Assembly (NCBI GenBank): GCA_011605725.1
Contig: JAAOZP010000005.1
Location: 1 to 59,647, forward strand
Source of the DNA: Nitrososphaerota archaeon
Lineage (GTDB): Archaea > Thermoproteota > EX4484-205 > JAAOZP01
DNA length: 59,647 nucleotides
Direction of reading: 5' to 3'
Every line of letters begins with the position of its first letter. The first letter of the stretch is position 1. The translations under genes were made by a program, and so were the position numbers. Shown one piece after another: positions 8,670 through 17,479 of the stretch. Under the pieces are notes generated by a model that ran no database searches, was not told the DNA's origin, and worked only from the letters and a program-made list of their open reading frames with translations.

Positions 8670-9779
8670 GTGCTGAGTAAAATGAAGAGGAGAATAGCTG
8701 GCATAGGAGGATTCCTCGGTTCTGGGAAAACAACGCTGATAATAGAATTAGGAAAGAAACTTGCTTCCGAAGGAAAAAAGGTTGCCATAATAACCAATGA
8801 TCAAGGGGAAAATCTTGTGGACACCAATTTGGTAAGGGATTACGGATTCGCAGTCACTGAAGTAGTTGGTGGATGTTTTTGCTGCAGATTTCCAGATTTT
8901 ATAACTCATATTCACGAAATGGTGCATGAGGCCAATCCTGATGTGATCTTGGCTGAACCCGTGGGGAGCTGCACGGACCTTCTAGCAACAGTTTACGCTC
9001 CGCTCAGAAAGTATTATGAGGGAGAATTTAATCTAGCCCCCTTCACAGTTCTCATAGATGCTTCTAGCCTCCTTCTAGATCTAGAGGAAAAACGTGTCTT
9101 TACTTCAAACACTCCGACGGGAGATCTTTATTCGTGGCAAGTAAAGGAAGGAGACATACTGGCGATTAACAAGACGGATTTGGTGCCTAAAAAGGAGGTG
9201 CCGAAAATTGAGTCGTTTTTGAAGGAAATTAACCCTACAGCCGATATCATCCAAATCTCAGCTAAAACCGGCCATAACTTGGACAGGCTTCTTAAGATGC
9301 TGATAGAAGGGGAGCATAAGCCTCGCTCCACAATCACAGAAGAAATTGATTATAACACATATGCTTTGGCTGAGGCTGAGCTGGGATGGTTTAATGGTGT
9401 GTTTAGGATTAACTCTGACAAACCGTTAAAGATAGATGACTTGATGAAGGAGCTGCTGACGGAGATAAACAGGCGGGTGGAGAAGAGTAAAGGAGTAATC
9501 GTCCACGCGAAGACTCGCTTTTCAACTAAGGAAGGTTGGGCCAAGGCTTCTCTTGTAATATCAGATGTTGATATTACAGGTGAAGTCCCGCCCCCATCAA
9601 AAGACATAGACGTAATCCTCAACATCAGGGCAGCTATAGACCCGGTGGCTCTGTCGAACATCGTGAAAAATTCGCTTGGAGCCGTAACTTCTAGACACAA
9701 TGCTAGGTATGCGGATTGGGTTGCCACAAGCTTTAGGCCAGGATACCCAAAGCCATACTATCGCCTCGTACATACTTAG
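8670..9779 (+). CDS. COG0523/CobW-family (G3E) metallochaperone GTPase
   Basis: GGFLGSGKTT, GGCFCC (CxCC), AEPVGSC, NKTD; CobW_C-like C-terminus; likely start 8682. Confidence 0.9.
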   Translation: MLSKMKRRIAGIGGFLGSGKTTLIIELGKKLASEGKKVAIITNDQGENLVDTNLVRDYGFAVTEVVGGCFCCRFPDFITHIHEMVHEANPDVILAEPVGSCTDLLATVYAPLRKYYEGEFNLAPFTVLIDASSLLLDLEEKRVFTSNTPTGDLYSWQVKEGDILAINKTDLVPKKEVPKIESFLKEINPTADIIQISAKTGHNLDRLLKMLIEGEHKPRSTITEEIDYNTYALAEAELGWFNGVFRINSDKPLKIDDLMKELLTEINRRVEKSKGVIVHAKTRFSTKEGWAKASLVISDVDITGEVPPPSKDIDVILNIRAAIDPVALSNIVKNSLGAVTSRHNARYADWVATSFRPGYPKPYYRLVHT

Positions 9780-9839
9780 AGATGGAGGGAGTTTCCGAAT
9801 GATATGTCCTATAGCGATAGCGTGCGCTCAGGGAGGGCC

Positions 9840-9929
9840 TCAACAACCTGAATGGCTAGAACGTAGACACGCCTGTAGCCAACTCCAATATTTCCTCGAA
9901 TCCCCTCTTAAGCCCCAGCCTGTAGCCAT
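9840..9929 (-). CDS. Putative CstA-associated small protein MATGWGLRGDSRKYWSWLQACLRSSHSGC(TGA)
   Basis: ATG begins 4 nt after the cstA stop; ends Gly-Cys-TGA, echoing YbdD/YjiX (DUF466) CC/CU termini; below the ORF-track cutoff. Confidence 0.35.
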   Translation of the reverse strand: MATGWGLRGDSRKYWSWLQACLRSSHSGC

Positions 9930-9933
9930 CTTG

Positions 9934-11739
9934 CTACATAGACCTTTTATGTTGCTGAGAAGTATAGTCAGCGCTGCCTAGCATAGCGCGCGCTATCCTA
10001 AACCATTTCATTAATGCATCTGCCAACACTGCTCCTAGGAGCATAATAAAAGATACTATTATGAATGTCTGTACTAGAGCGGGAATGGTTCCCGATGGTA
10101 AAAGCTCATTTGTTATCTTCAAAAAAGCCCCATGGATTGTCGCTGAAGAAAATACCAGTACAGGCCAGAACGTTACCCAACCATAAATTGGTTTGAGGTT
10201 CTTGAGAATATATGAGGTTGCAACGATTAGGGCAATACAGGCCATCAACTGGTTGCACATTCCAAACATGGGCCAAATGACGCCTATTGTACCAGTGTAC
10301 AATAAGTAAGCCCATAGGAACGCCATGACAATGGTTAGGGATATTGTGCTTATCCACCATTTGCGTGGCTTTGCGGAGGTGATGCCCATGGCATCTTGCA
10401 CAAAGTATCTAGCCATCCTGGTGCCATGGTCCATGATTGGCATTGTGAATAGAGCTATGTAGATGATACTGAATTGGTACCAAATAGCTAATGCAGTCTC
10501 TCCTCCAAATAGACTGGAAAGAAGTTTCGCGGCGCTTATACTTAATGATGTTACTCCACCAACCCTTCCTTGGAGGTTCATGCCAACCATTTCTGAAAGC
10601 CTTGGCAGCTCCACAGGTACCATTTTCAATGTTGCATAGACATTCGGATTGACATTAATTGCAAAATAATCACCTGGGAAAAGTATACATGCCAAGCAGA
10701 GAGCCACAACTGCAATCGCGCTTTCAGTTAGCCAAGCACCATAAGCTACAGTTCTAATGTCCATTTCACGAGATACCAATCTTGGAGATACACCGGAGCA
10801 GGAAAGGCTGTGCCATCCAGATATTGCCCCGCAAGTAATGATGATGAAAAGGAACGGCCAAAGAGGCCCAGGAATTACAGGCCCACTCGAGACTGCATAC
10901 TCGGTTACGGGCGGCATCTTCAATTCGGGATGCGCAACAAATATCGCGACCACAAGCAAAGCAATTACAGATACTTTGATGAGCCCGCTCAAGTGATCTC
11001 TTGGGCCCAGTAATACATGAACTGGAACAATCGAGGCTATGGACGCATATAGCGCTATTAAGAGTATCAGCTGTTCTTTCCCAAGGTCAAAGGTACTTAG
11101 CAAGCCTATTTCGTTAAGTTTCGGTGCGATGAGTAAAAATAGAATAAGTTGAAAGAGCCCTATTATCGCCCCTTCCATAAACCTTCCCTTTCTAATCCAA
11201 CGTGCATACGCATAAATGAATAGCGAGATTGGGATCGTTGTCGCAACAGAAAATGTCGCCCAGACATTGTGCATCAACGCTGCTATGAGACCTGTGCCCA
11301 TGCCAGCTATGGCGACTATTACCATGAAGTATGTTGCAAGCGTCACAGCTATCCAGCTTATCTTCCCGACTTCCATCTTTGCTATCTGTCCTATCGACTT
11401 TCCATCGTGTCTGATAGAAAGGAACATGACCATGAAATCATGTACTCCCCCAGCAAGACATGTAGCAGTCAATATCCAAAGGATACACGGAAGCCAACCG
11501 TACTGGGCAGCTAAAGTAGGTCCTAACAGGACTCCGGAACCAGCTATTGTCGCGTAATGGTAGAAAAAGACAACCCATCTATTTGTCGGCACGTAATCCT
11601 TCCCATCATTTAGCCTTATGGCTGGAGTTGTTTTTCCATCATCAAGCTTAGCAACCTTCAAGGCTAGAAACTTTGAATAGAACCTGAAGCCTAAAGCGAA
11701 TACGAAAATGGTAGATGCCATCATGATCGCTGAATTCAA
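9934..11739 (-). CDS. cstA: Carbon starvation protein A (CstA) family transporter
   Basis: TPAIRLNDGKDYVPTN, HYATIAGSGVLLGP, AGGVHDF, ITCGAISGWHSL, IWPMFGMCNQL; SD GGAGGA before the TTG start. Confidence 0.95.
   Translation of the reverse strand: MNSAIMMASTIFVFALGFRFYSKFLALKVAKLDDGKTTPAIRLNDGKDYVPTNRWVVFFYHYATIAGSGVLLGPTLAAQYGWLPCILWILTATCLAGGVHDFMVMFLSIRHDGKSIGQIAKMEVGKISWIAVTLATYFMVIVAIAGMGTGLIAALMHNVWATFSVATTIPISLFIYAYARWIRKGRFMEGAIIGLFQLILFLLIAPKLNEIGLLSTFDLGKEQLILLIALYASIASIVPVHVLLGPRDHLSGLIKVSVIALLVVAIFVAHPELKMPPVTEYAVSSGPVIPGPLWPFLFIIITCGAISGWHSLSCSGVSPRLVSREMDIRTVAYGAWLTESAIAVVALCLACILFPGDYFAINVNPNVYATLKMVPVELPRLSEMVGMNLQGRVGGVTSLSISAAKLLSSLFGGETALAIWYQFSIIYIALFTMPIMDHGTRMARYFVQDAMGITSAKPRKWWISTISLTIVMAFLWAYLLYTGTIGVIWPMFGMCNQLMACIALIVATSYILKNLKPIYGWVTFWPVLVFSSATIHGAFLKITNELLPSGTIPALVQTFIIVSFIMLLGAVLADALMKWFRIARAMLGSADYTSQQHKRSM
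9983..9996. repeat. Dispersed palindrome ATAGCGCGCGCTAT in the cstA 3' tail
   Basis: 14-bp perfect palindrome; the only full-length copy noticed inside a long CDS. Confidence 0.7.
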
Positions 11740-11758
11740 TCAGCCAATCCTCCACATG

Positions 11759-11851
11759 CTAGCGCGCACTCCGCCTTTCCTTCAATATGTCCTCAACTTC
11801 AGGGTCTATTTTCATGCTTTCCCAGCCTTCTGAATAATGCGTGCGCTCCAT
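11759..11851 (-). CDS. 30-aa ORF (MERTHYSEGWESMKIDPEVEDILKERRSAR) between the duplicated promoter and cstA; leader peptide or gene remnant
   Basis: First ATG after the TATA of promoter copy 2; stop codon lies inside palindrome variant AGTGCGCGCTAG. Confidence 0.3.
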   Translation of the reverse strand: MERTHYSEGWESMKIDPEVEDILKERRSAR

Positions 11852-11860
11852 TTTCCTTTT

Positions 11861-11938
11861 CAATTAGTTAATTTTTTACTTGATTAATAAACTTTTAACT
11901 TAATTCATACCGAAATCGACCCAAATTCAACATGAAAA
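11861..11938 (-). promoter_or_regulatory. Promoter/operator block, copy 2 of the 78-bp inverted duplication (upstream of cstA)
   Basis: Reverse complement matches 8589-8666 at 72/78. Confidence 0.9.
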
Positions 11939-12145
11939 AACTCGCGCTTATTTGTCCCCAACTTCCGTAAAGCAGAACTGAGCGCATGTGCCCATGTTTA
12001 TACTTTTTTTATAATATTGCATGTAGAGCAATATCGGACTAGCATAGCTCAGCCGTTCTGGTGTGATTCCCTAAGCTTTTATTTGGGTATGATTTGGTTG
12101 AAATTTGGGAAATTCTTTTTTAGCTTCAAATTTCAAGAATATGAC

Positions 12146-12739
12146 ATGAAGGGGACAGAAAGGCCGAAATATTATTTCAACACTAGGGACTTGGTGGTTA
12201 TCGCTACCTTGACAGCAATACGAAGCGTCATCGCTGTCTCATCAGAACCGTTAATCAGGGGGCTTGTCCATGGCGTACTTCATCTCCCAGGACCAGGAAC
12301 AGGGATGGCTATCTTCGGATGGTTCAGTTTCGTCATATGGATGCTGCTGGCATATGGTTTAACGTTGAAAAAGGGATCTGTGTTTCTCACATCCATCCTC
12401 ATGGGCATAGTCACCGCGTTCACTGGAATGGGGCCAATAGCGGGCATCATTGTTCTTCCAATTTTCATTGGCGCAGGATTATGTATGGAGCTCGGGCTCC
12501 TGTTGAAACACTCATCAGTAAAGTACCTTGCAGCCGGTGTGTTGGGAAACATAGCGTTTTTCATCCTTTTCATATCGATGGCGGGATTCTATAAGGGGCA
12601 ATGGTTGTTAGCATCGTTCATTCCCATCGCTACTGTTATTGGCGCGATATCGGGGCTGGTCGGCGGCCTAGTTACAATAAGTTTATTAGTTTCTTTACGA
12701 AAAGCTGGATTGGCGCCATCGGATGAAAAGCAGGGTTGA
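12146..12739 (+). CDS. ECF transporter substrate-specific (S) component
   Basis: FNTRDLVVIA N-terminal motif, about 6 TM, directly upstream of ECF A and T genes. ORF track starts at 12017; ATG 12146 is more plausible. Confidence 0.8.
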   Translation: MKGTERPKYYFNTRDLVVIATLTAIRSVIAVSSEPLIRGLVHGVLHLPGPGTGMAIFGWFSFVIWMLLAYGLTLKKGSVFLTSILMGIVTAFTGMGPIAGIIVLPIFIGAGLCMELGLLLKHSSVKYLAAGVLGNIAFFILFISMAGFYKGQWLLASFIPIATVIGAISGLVGGLVTISLLVSLRKAGLAPSDEKQG

Positions 12740-14463
12740 GCATTAGCATAAGGGATCTTTGGTATAGATATCCGGGTTCAAGGGAATGGGTGTTAAGGAA
12801 TATAAACTTGAATATCAATTCCGGTGAAATGGTATGCATCATGGGCCCCTCGGCCTGTGGTAAGTCAACCCTATTATACTTGCTCAACGGGATCATTCCT
12901 CATGCGTTGGGGGGTGAGATGAAAGGAAGGGTGGTTGTCGAGTCTCTTGACACTAGGGAGCACGACGTGTACGAGCTCTCGACTATAGTTAGCCTAGTTC
13001 AACAAGACCCAGAAAATCAGTTCCGTACATTTACAGTTAAGGATGAGATTGCATTTGGCCCGGAGAACCTGTTGATTCCTAAGCATGAAATCTTAGAACG
13101 CGTCGAACAGTCTCTTCAAATAGTGAACGCGAAGCATCTTGCGGACAGGACGATGATGGAGCTTTCTGGGGGAGAAAAGCAACGTATTGCCTTAGCCGCC
13201 GCGCTCTCGATGAAGCCGAAGATATTGGTTCTCGACGAGCCGACATCAAACATAGATCCTAAGGGTGCGGTGGAGCTTGCGCAGAACCTTAGGAACATAC
13301 GTTCAAAGACGAACATAACGGTGATAATAGTTGAACACAGGCTCGATCTTTTCCTCTGGATGTCGGATAGGCTAATCATCATGAATGAAGGAGAAATAGT
13401 TTGCAACGGGGCACCTCGGTCAGTTCTACAGAAGTATCAGGGCCTCCTATTAAAGATTGGAGTAAGGCCTCCTCAGACCTTTGAACTATTCGATCGGCTT
13501 TCCAATCTAGGTGTAATAAATAACAGTCATTACCCGCTTTCCATTGAAGAAATTGAAGAAAAGGCGGAGTTTTTCAGGCAATTGTTTCAGTCTGATTTTT
13601 GTGTCTGCACCCCGGTTTCCAGTGGGAGAACTTCTGAGGGTGAAGTCGTCATTAGGGTTAATGGGCTTACATACGATTATCCTGGAGGTATTCGTGCTCT
13701 TGACGGTATAGACTTGGAAGTTCGGAAGGGAGAATTTATCGGAATAATAGGGAACAACGGTGCTGGTAAGACTACGTTTCTCCTCCACCTCATTGGAATA
13801 CTCAAACCAAAAAGTGGAAACGTTTCTGTTCTCGGCATGGATACTCGAACTACGCCGGTCTCAATTATCGCTAGAAGGGTCGGCATGGTGTTTCAATATC
13901 CTTCGCAGCAACTTTTCGAGGAATCTGTTAGAGACGAAATCCTATTCGCCCCCAAGAACTTTTCGATGAGGGAAAACGAGCTTTATGATAGATTTAAAGA
14001 GATATCGAAAACATTTGACCTAGAGGGGCTGGAAGACAGGTATCCTCAATCCCTCAGCGTTGGCCAAATGAGAAGACTGAACCTAGCATCCATCCTAATC
14101 TATGACCCAGATATAATCATCTTGGACGAGCCGTTCTTTGGGCAGGACTATGGACATGTTGAAAGGATCATGGGTTTGCTTGAAAAGTTGAACGAGGAGG
14201 GGAAGACGATCATGATAGTCTCCCATAACATAGTTGAACTGGCCGAGCACGTAAGAAGGCTTATACTATTTAAGGACGGGAGGATAATTGAAGATGGACC
14301 CACTAGACGCGTGATGAATAGTATGGTCGACAAAGAGGAAAAACAGTACTTCTGTACCCCCGTATGCAGGCTCTCTCGTCTTCTCACTAAGCACGCTGTT
14401 TTAGAGGCTCCAACTACTGTCGATGAAATACTTTCAGTTCTGATGAGGAGAAGGCAAAGTTGA
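12736..14463 (+). CDS. ecfA: ECF transporter fused double ATPase (A-A')
   Basis: Two ABC cassettes: GPSACGKST/QDPENQ/LSGGEKQR/LDEPT and GNNGAGKTT/QYPSQQ/LSVGQ/LDEPF. Confidence 0.95.
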   Translation: MSISIRDLWYRYPGSREWVLRNINLNINSGEMVCIMGPSACGKSTLLYLLNGIIPHALGGEMKGRVVVESLDTREHDVYELSTIVSLVQQDPENQFRTFTVKDEIAFGPENLLIPKHEILERVEQSLQIVNAKHLADRTMMELSGGEKQRIALAAALSMKPKILVLDEPTSNIDPKGAVELAQNLRNIRSKTNITVIIVEHRLDLFLWMSDRLIIMNEGEIVCNGAPRSVLQKYQGLLLKIGVRPPQTFELFDRLSNLGVINNSHYPLSIEEIEEKAEFFRQLFQSDFCVCTPVSSGRTSEGEVVIRVNGLTYDYPGGIRALDGIDLEVRKGEFIGIIGNNGAGKTTFLLHLIGILKPKSGNVSVLGMDTRTTPVSIIARRVGMVFQYPSQQLFEESVRDEILFAPKNFSMRENELYDRFKEISKTFDLEGLEDRYPQSLSVGQMRRLNLASILIYDPDIIILDEPFFGQDYGHVERIMGLLEKLNEEGKTIMIVSHNIVELAEHVRRLILFKDGRIIEDGPTRRVMNSMVDKEEKQYFCTPVCRLSRLLTKHAVLEAPTTVDEILSVLMRRRQS

Positions 14464-15311
14464 TCAAACTTAAGTATACTTATGTTAATGTCGATTCTAA
14501 AGTTCATAATCTGAATCCCATTGTAAAGGTCCTTTGGATTACGTGTGTAGATGTGCTTGCAATACTCGTTTGGGATATCGCATGGCTCGGCCTAATCTTT
14601 CTCTCAGTGTTTGCAGTAGGCTTAGCAGCCAATCTCGGCCGGAGAAGGTTACTGGATGCGATGAGGCCGCTGAAGCCTTTGGTAATAATACTCCTATTCT
14701 CCCCGAGCTTCATACTATTGCCTGAGCTCAGGATTCTCTCGCCTAATCCATCTTTGATCACGCTTCTTGTCGAAGGCGTTGCCTACGGAATCACTATTGC
14801 TTTACGGTTTAGCTGCATAATATACTCCGCATTCATCTTCATGATGACGACAAGATTAAACGATCTCGCCTACATGCTGGTGAAACTGGGAATGCCATAC
14901 AGGTATAGTTTTATGATCATCACATCGTTCCGGCTGATCCCGTCTTTAGAAAAATATGCGGAGAACATCAAATACGCCCAGCTAGCGAGGGGGTTAAACC
15001 TAGATAGAGCCGGTATTTTAAGGAGGTACTTTAACTTCGTGAAGTATACGGTTAAACCTCTGCTTATCTCAGCCTTAAGAGGAAGCCTCACCCTTGCCAT
15101 ATCCATGGACAGTGCCTGCTTCGGCGCTTACAGAAGTAGGGTTTTCTTGAATGATGTCCCATACTCTAAGCAGGATGTATTTATCTCTGCGGTGATACTG
15201 TTGATTATGACGCTGAGCATTTATGTTATTTTCACGGGAAGATTGCCCATTCTTTTTGACTTTTCTGAGACAATCAGGAGGCTCTTTTATCCTTCTGGTA
15301 AAATTGTTTAA
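14460..15311 (+). CDS. ecfT: ECF transporter transmembrane T component (CbiQ/EcfT)
   Basis: HNLNPIVK, RLIPSL, AQLARG, LAISMDSACF (second Ala-Arg-Gly motif altered). Confidence 0.92.
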   Translation: MIKLKYTYVNVDSKVHNLNPIVKVLWITCVDVLAILVWDIAWLGLIFLSVFAVGLAANLGRRRLLDAMRPLKPLVIILLFSPSFILLPELRILSPNPSLITLLVEGVAYGITIALRFSCIIYSAFIFMMTTRLNDLAYMLVKLGMPYRYSFMIITSFRLIPSLEKYAENIKYAQLARGLNLDRAGILRRYFNFVKYTVKPLLISALRGSLTLAISMDSACFGAYRSRVFLNDVPYSKQDVFISAVILLIMTLSIYVIFTGRLPILFDFSETIRRLFYPSGKIV

Positions 15312-15961
15312 ACCGACTTAACTATTTCGATCCACCTACCCAGCTCGCTTCGAATAATCTTGAATCCTGAGATCCTTGCTTCCTTAACCCACTCTTCCAT
15401 TTTCCATTTTTCAAGAGGAAGATATCTTCTCCCTTCAGGGCTGTTAAAAAATTGCTTTCTCTTGCTTTCAAACTCCTCCCGTAATTTTTTCGGAAGACGC
15501 TGAGGGAAGCCTCCTCCAACAAAGGCAACTCCTCCTAGGGTTAACACTCTGAACACCTCCCGTAACACTTCCGTCACATTCTTGAAAAAAGGTATGGCTC
15601 CTCTGCTTACCGCGAGGTTGAAGGAATTTTGCCTGAAAGGCAGGCTATGCGCATCAGCTTGGACAGCCATTACTCTGTTCTTTACTTTAAGATATTCTGC
15701 ATTTTTTAAGCCTTTCTCTAAAACATTCCTCTCAGCATCTATAAGCAAAACCTCAAGTTTAGTTTTAATCGCAAGTTCTATTCCAAACATGCCAACGCCG
15801 CTCCCAATATCCATGCATAATCCGTATGTGATACCATACCTCTCAACTACTTCCTCAGCCAATTCTTTATATACGATTAGGGGCCAGAGTGGAGGATACG
15901 GTATATCTGAGCCACAAGAAGCATACTGGTTATCAGATGATGCGCCTAGTTCTATAATCAT
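15308..15961 (-). CDS. Class I SAM-dependent methyltransferase
   Basis: MDIGSGVG motif I, DAHSLPF, LAVSRG, EVFRVL..GG..FVGGGF. Confidence 0.9.
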   Translation of the reverse strand: MIIELGASSDNQYASCGSDIPYPPLWPLIVYKELAEEVVERYGITYGLCMDIGSGVGMFGIELAIKTKLEVLLIDAERNVLEKGLKNAEYLKVKNRVMAVQADAHSLPFRQNSFNLAVSRGAIPFFKNVTEVLREVFRVLTLGGVAFVGGGFPQRLPKKLREEFESKRKQFFNSPEGRRYLPLEKWKMEEWVKEARISGFKIIRSELGRWIEIVKSV

Positions 15962-16245
15962 TTCCAGGTTATCAGAAGAAGGATAGCCAATCCAATGGTC
16001 TCAATGCTGCTCAGGATCGGCCGAACCACTCTGGCGACTTCGATAGCACTACACATGTCTGTAGACATATAGAAGTAAATGGCTAAGAACCTTTCTAATA
16101 AGAAGAGTGAGGCAAAGGATAAAAGACCTAGGGTAAACTTCGACCTAATTTTAAGATGGTTCTTTACATATATGTACACAAGAACCAGTAACAGCATTAC
16201 GTTAACAACTTCCACCATTATGCTGACCCATGTAGCGAGTTCCAT
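15958..16245 (-). CDS. Small 3-TM archaeal membrane protein (usual partner of the upstream wHTH)
   Basis: Three hydrophobic helices, SKFTLGLL motif, operonic with wHTH gene. Confidence 0.75.
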   Translation of the reverse strand: MELATWVSIMVEVVNVMLLLVLVYIYVKNHLKIRSKFTLGLLSFASLFLLERFLAIYFYMSTDMCSAIEVARVVRPILSSIETIGLAILLLITWK

Positions 16246-16281
16246 TATTACTTTTTTATCCTCATCCTCTTTAAAAACATT

Positions 16282-16563
16282 TTACCCAATTTTATCCCAA
16301 ATCTCCTTAAATTCCTCAAAAATTTTCTCCATTTCTTCGGACAAGGTATAAACGGAACCATACTTCCTTTCCATAATAACTATAATTCCAGCATCCTTGA
16401 GTACTTTCAGATGATGTCTCACAGTCTTATAATTCATCTTTAAAATTTCAGCCAACTGATTTGCATTATAAGGTCTGTCTTTAAGAGCTTTCACAATTCT
16501 GGCTCTGCTCTCTCCACCTCTAGAACCTGCTAAAATATACCAAATAAAGGATTTAAGAGTCAT
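16282..16563 (-). CDS. ArsR-like winged-helix transcriptional regulator
   Basis: WYILAGSRGGESRARI, RPYNANQLA, YKTVRHHLKVL, KYGSVY; likely ATG 16563 (track starts at 16623). Confidence 0.9.
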   Translation of the reverse strand: MTLKSFIWYILAGSRGGESRARIVKALKDRPYNANQLAEILKMNYKTVRHHLKVLKDAGIIVIMERKYGSVYTLSEEMEKIFEEFKEIWDKIG

Positions 16564-16772
16564 TTTAATCACCAATATCATTAAAATGGCGGTTTCCTTC
16601 GAATTTCGTATGCGTAACATCATTCAAAATATATGCATTGTGTCTTGCCTTTAAACATTCGTCGTGAGGCTTTAGACTAGCTGTACTGGCAGGTAGCATA
16701 CTCACCTTTGATATGAATTGTTCTATATATAGGTTTTCGGTTGATTTACTGTCTCAAAAATAAATGACCGTA

Positions 16773-16782
16773 TAGCGCGCTA
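16773..16782. repeat. Dispersed palindrome TAGCGCGCTA
   Basis: Perfect 10-mer, intergenic. Confidence 0.7.
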
Positions 16783-16879
16783 GCCGAACGAACTGGGACT
16801 AGCGTAAATAGGCTTTCTTATTGCTAGTTTAATACGGTCTTTATACAAAAATTTAAATAGGGCTGCATAAATTCAATAA

Positions 16880-17377
16880 TTGTTGTGCTCAAAGAGAATG
16901 GTAGGTCCTTTGGCTTTCAAGCTCTTGCTGATCGGGGTTATTGTTTTCTCGCTTTCTGTTATTATATTTATACCGTCATATATGTCTTACCCAAGAAATC
17001 AATTTTCAGATGAAAACATCAAAATTCCAGATATGCGTAGCTTTTCTTTACCTATTTCCGAAACATTCGTTGTAAAGGCAAACTCCTCGTACTTTTTCAA
17101 AGTTCAGATAGATGCTAATTCAACAATCGTAGGGAGTTTTCAAGAGGCCAATAAGCTGTGCATACTTTTTTATGTCCTAAATGAGACCACAATGAAAAAA
17201 TGGTTGAGTGGTATGGATGTTTCAAGGGAGGCATACGTCTACTCAAAAGTATCAACCAACTTTACCGTAACCTTTACCTCAACAGGAACATATTATTTCG
17301 TGTTTGACAACAGAGTTATATATCGCGACATTGTCTGTAAGGATAAGGTTGTGCTACTCCAGGTAACCTTGCGCTAG
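16880..17377 (+). CDS. Membrane-anchored beta-sandwich protein (emp24/GOLD-like)
   Basis: N-terminal TM helix; FTVTFTSTGTYYFVFDNR typical of GOLD-like domains; several NxS/T sequons. Confidence 0.55.
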   Translation: MLCSKRMVGPLAFKLLLIGVIVFSLSVIIFIPSYMSYPRNQFSDENIKIPDMRSFSLPISETFVVKANSSYFFKVQIDANSTIVGSFQEANKLCILFYVLNETTMKKWLSGMDVSREAYVYSKVSTNFTVTFTSTGTYYFVFDNRVIYRDIVCKDKVVLLQVTLR

Positions 17378-17479
17378 AGTTCAGCACACGTATAGGGTTT
17401 GTTAAAACTCATTTCATGATCTTTAGTGCAACGGAAATTGCAGAACATCTAAAAAACAATTTTAAAGCCTTCATCATTT

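Noticed and set aside
9700-9981. 93-aa plus-strand ORF spanning the cobW end and cstA end
   Set aside because: Overlaps two real genes and has no recognisable features
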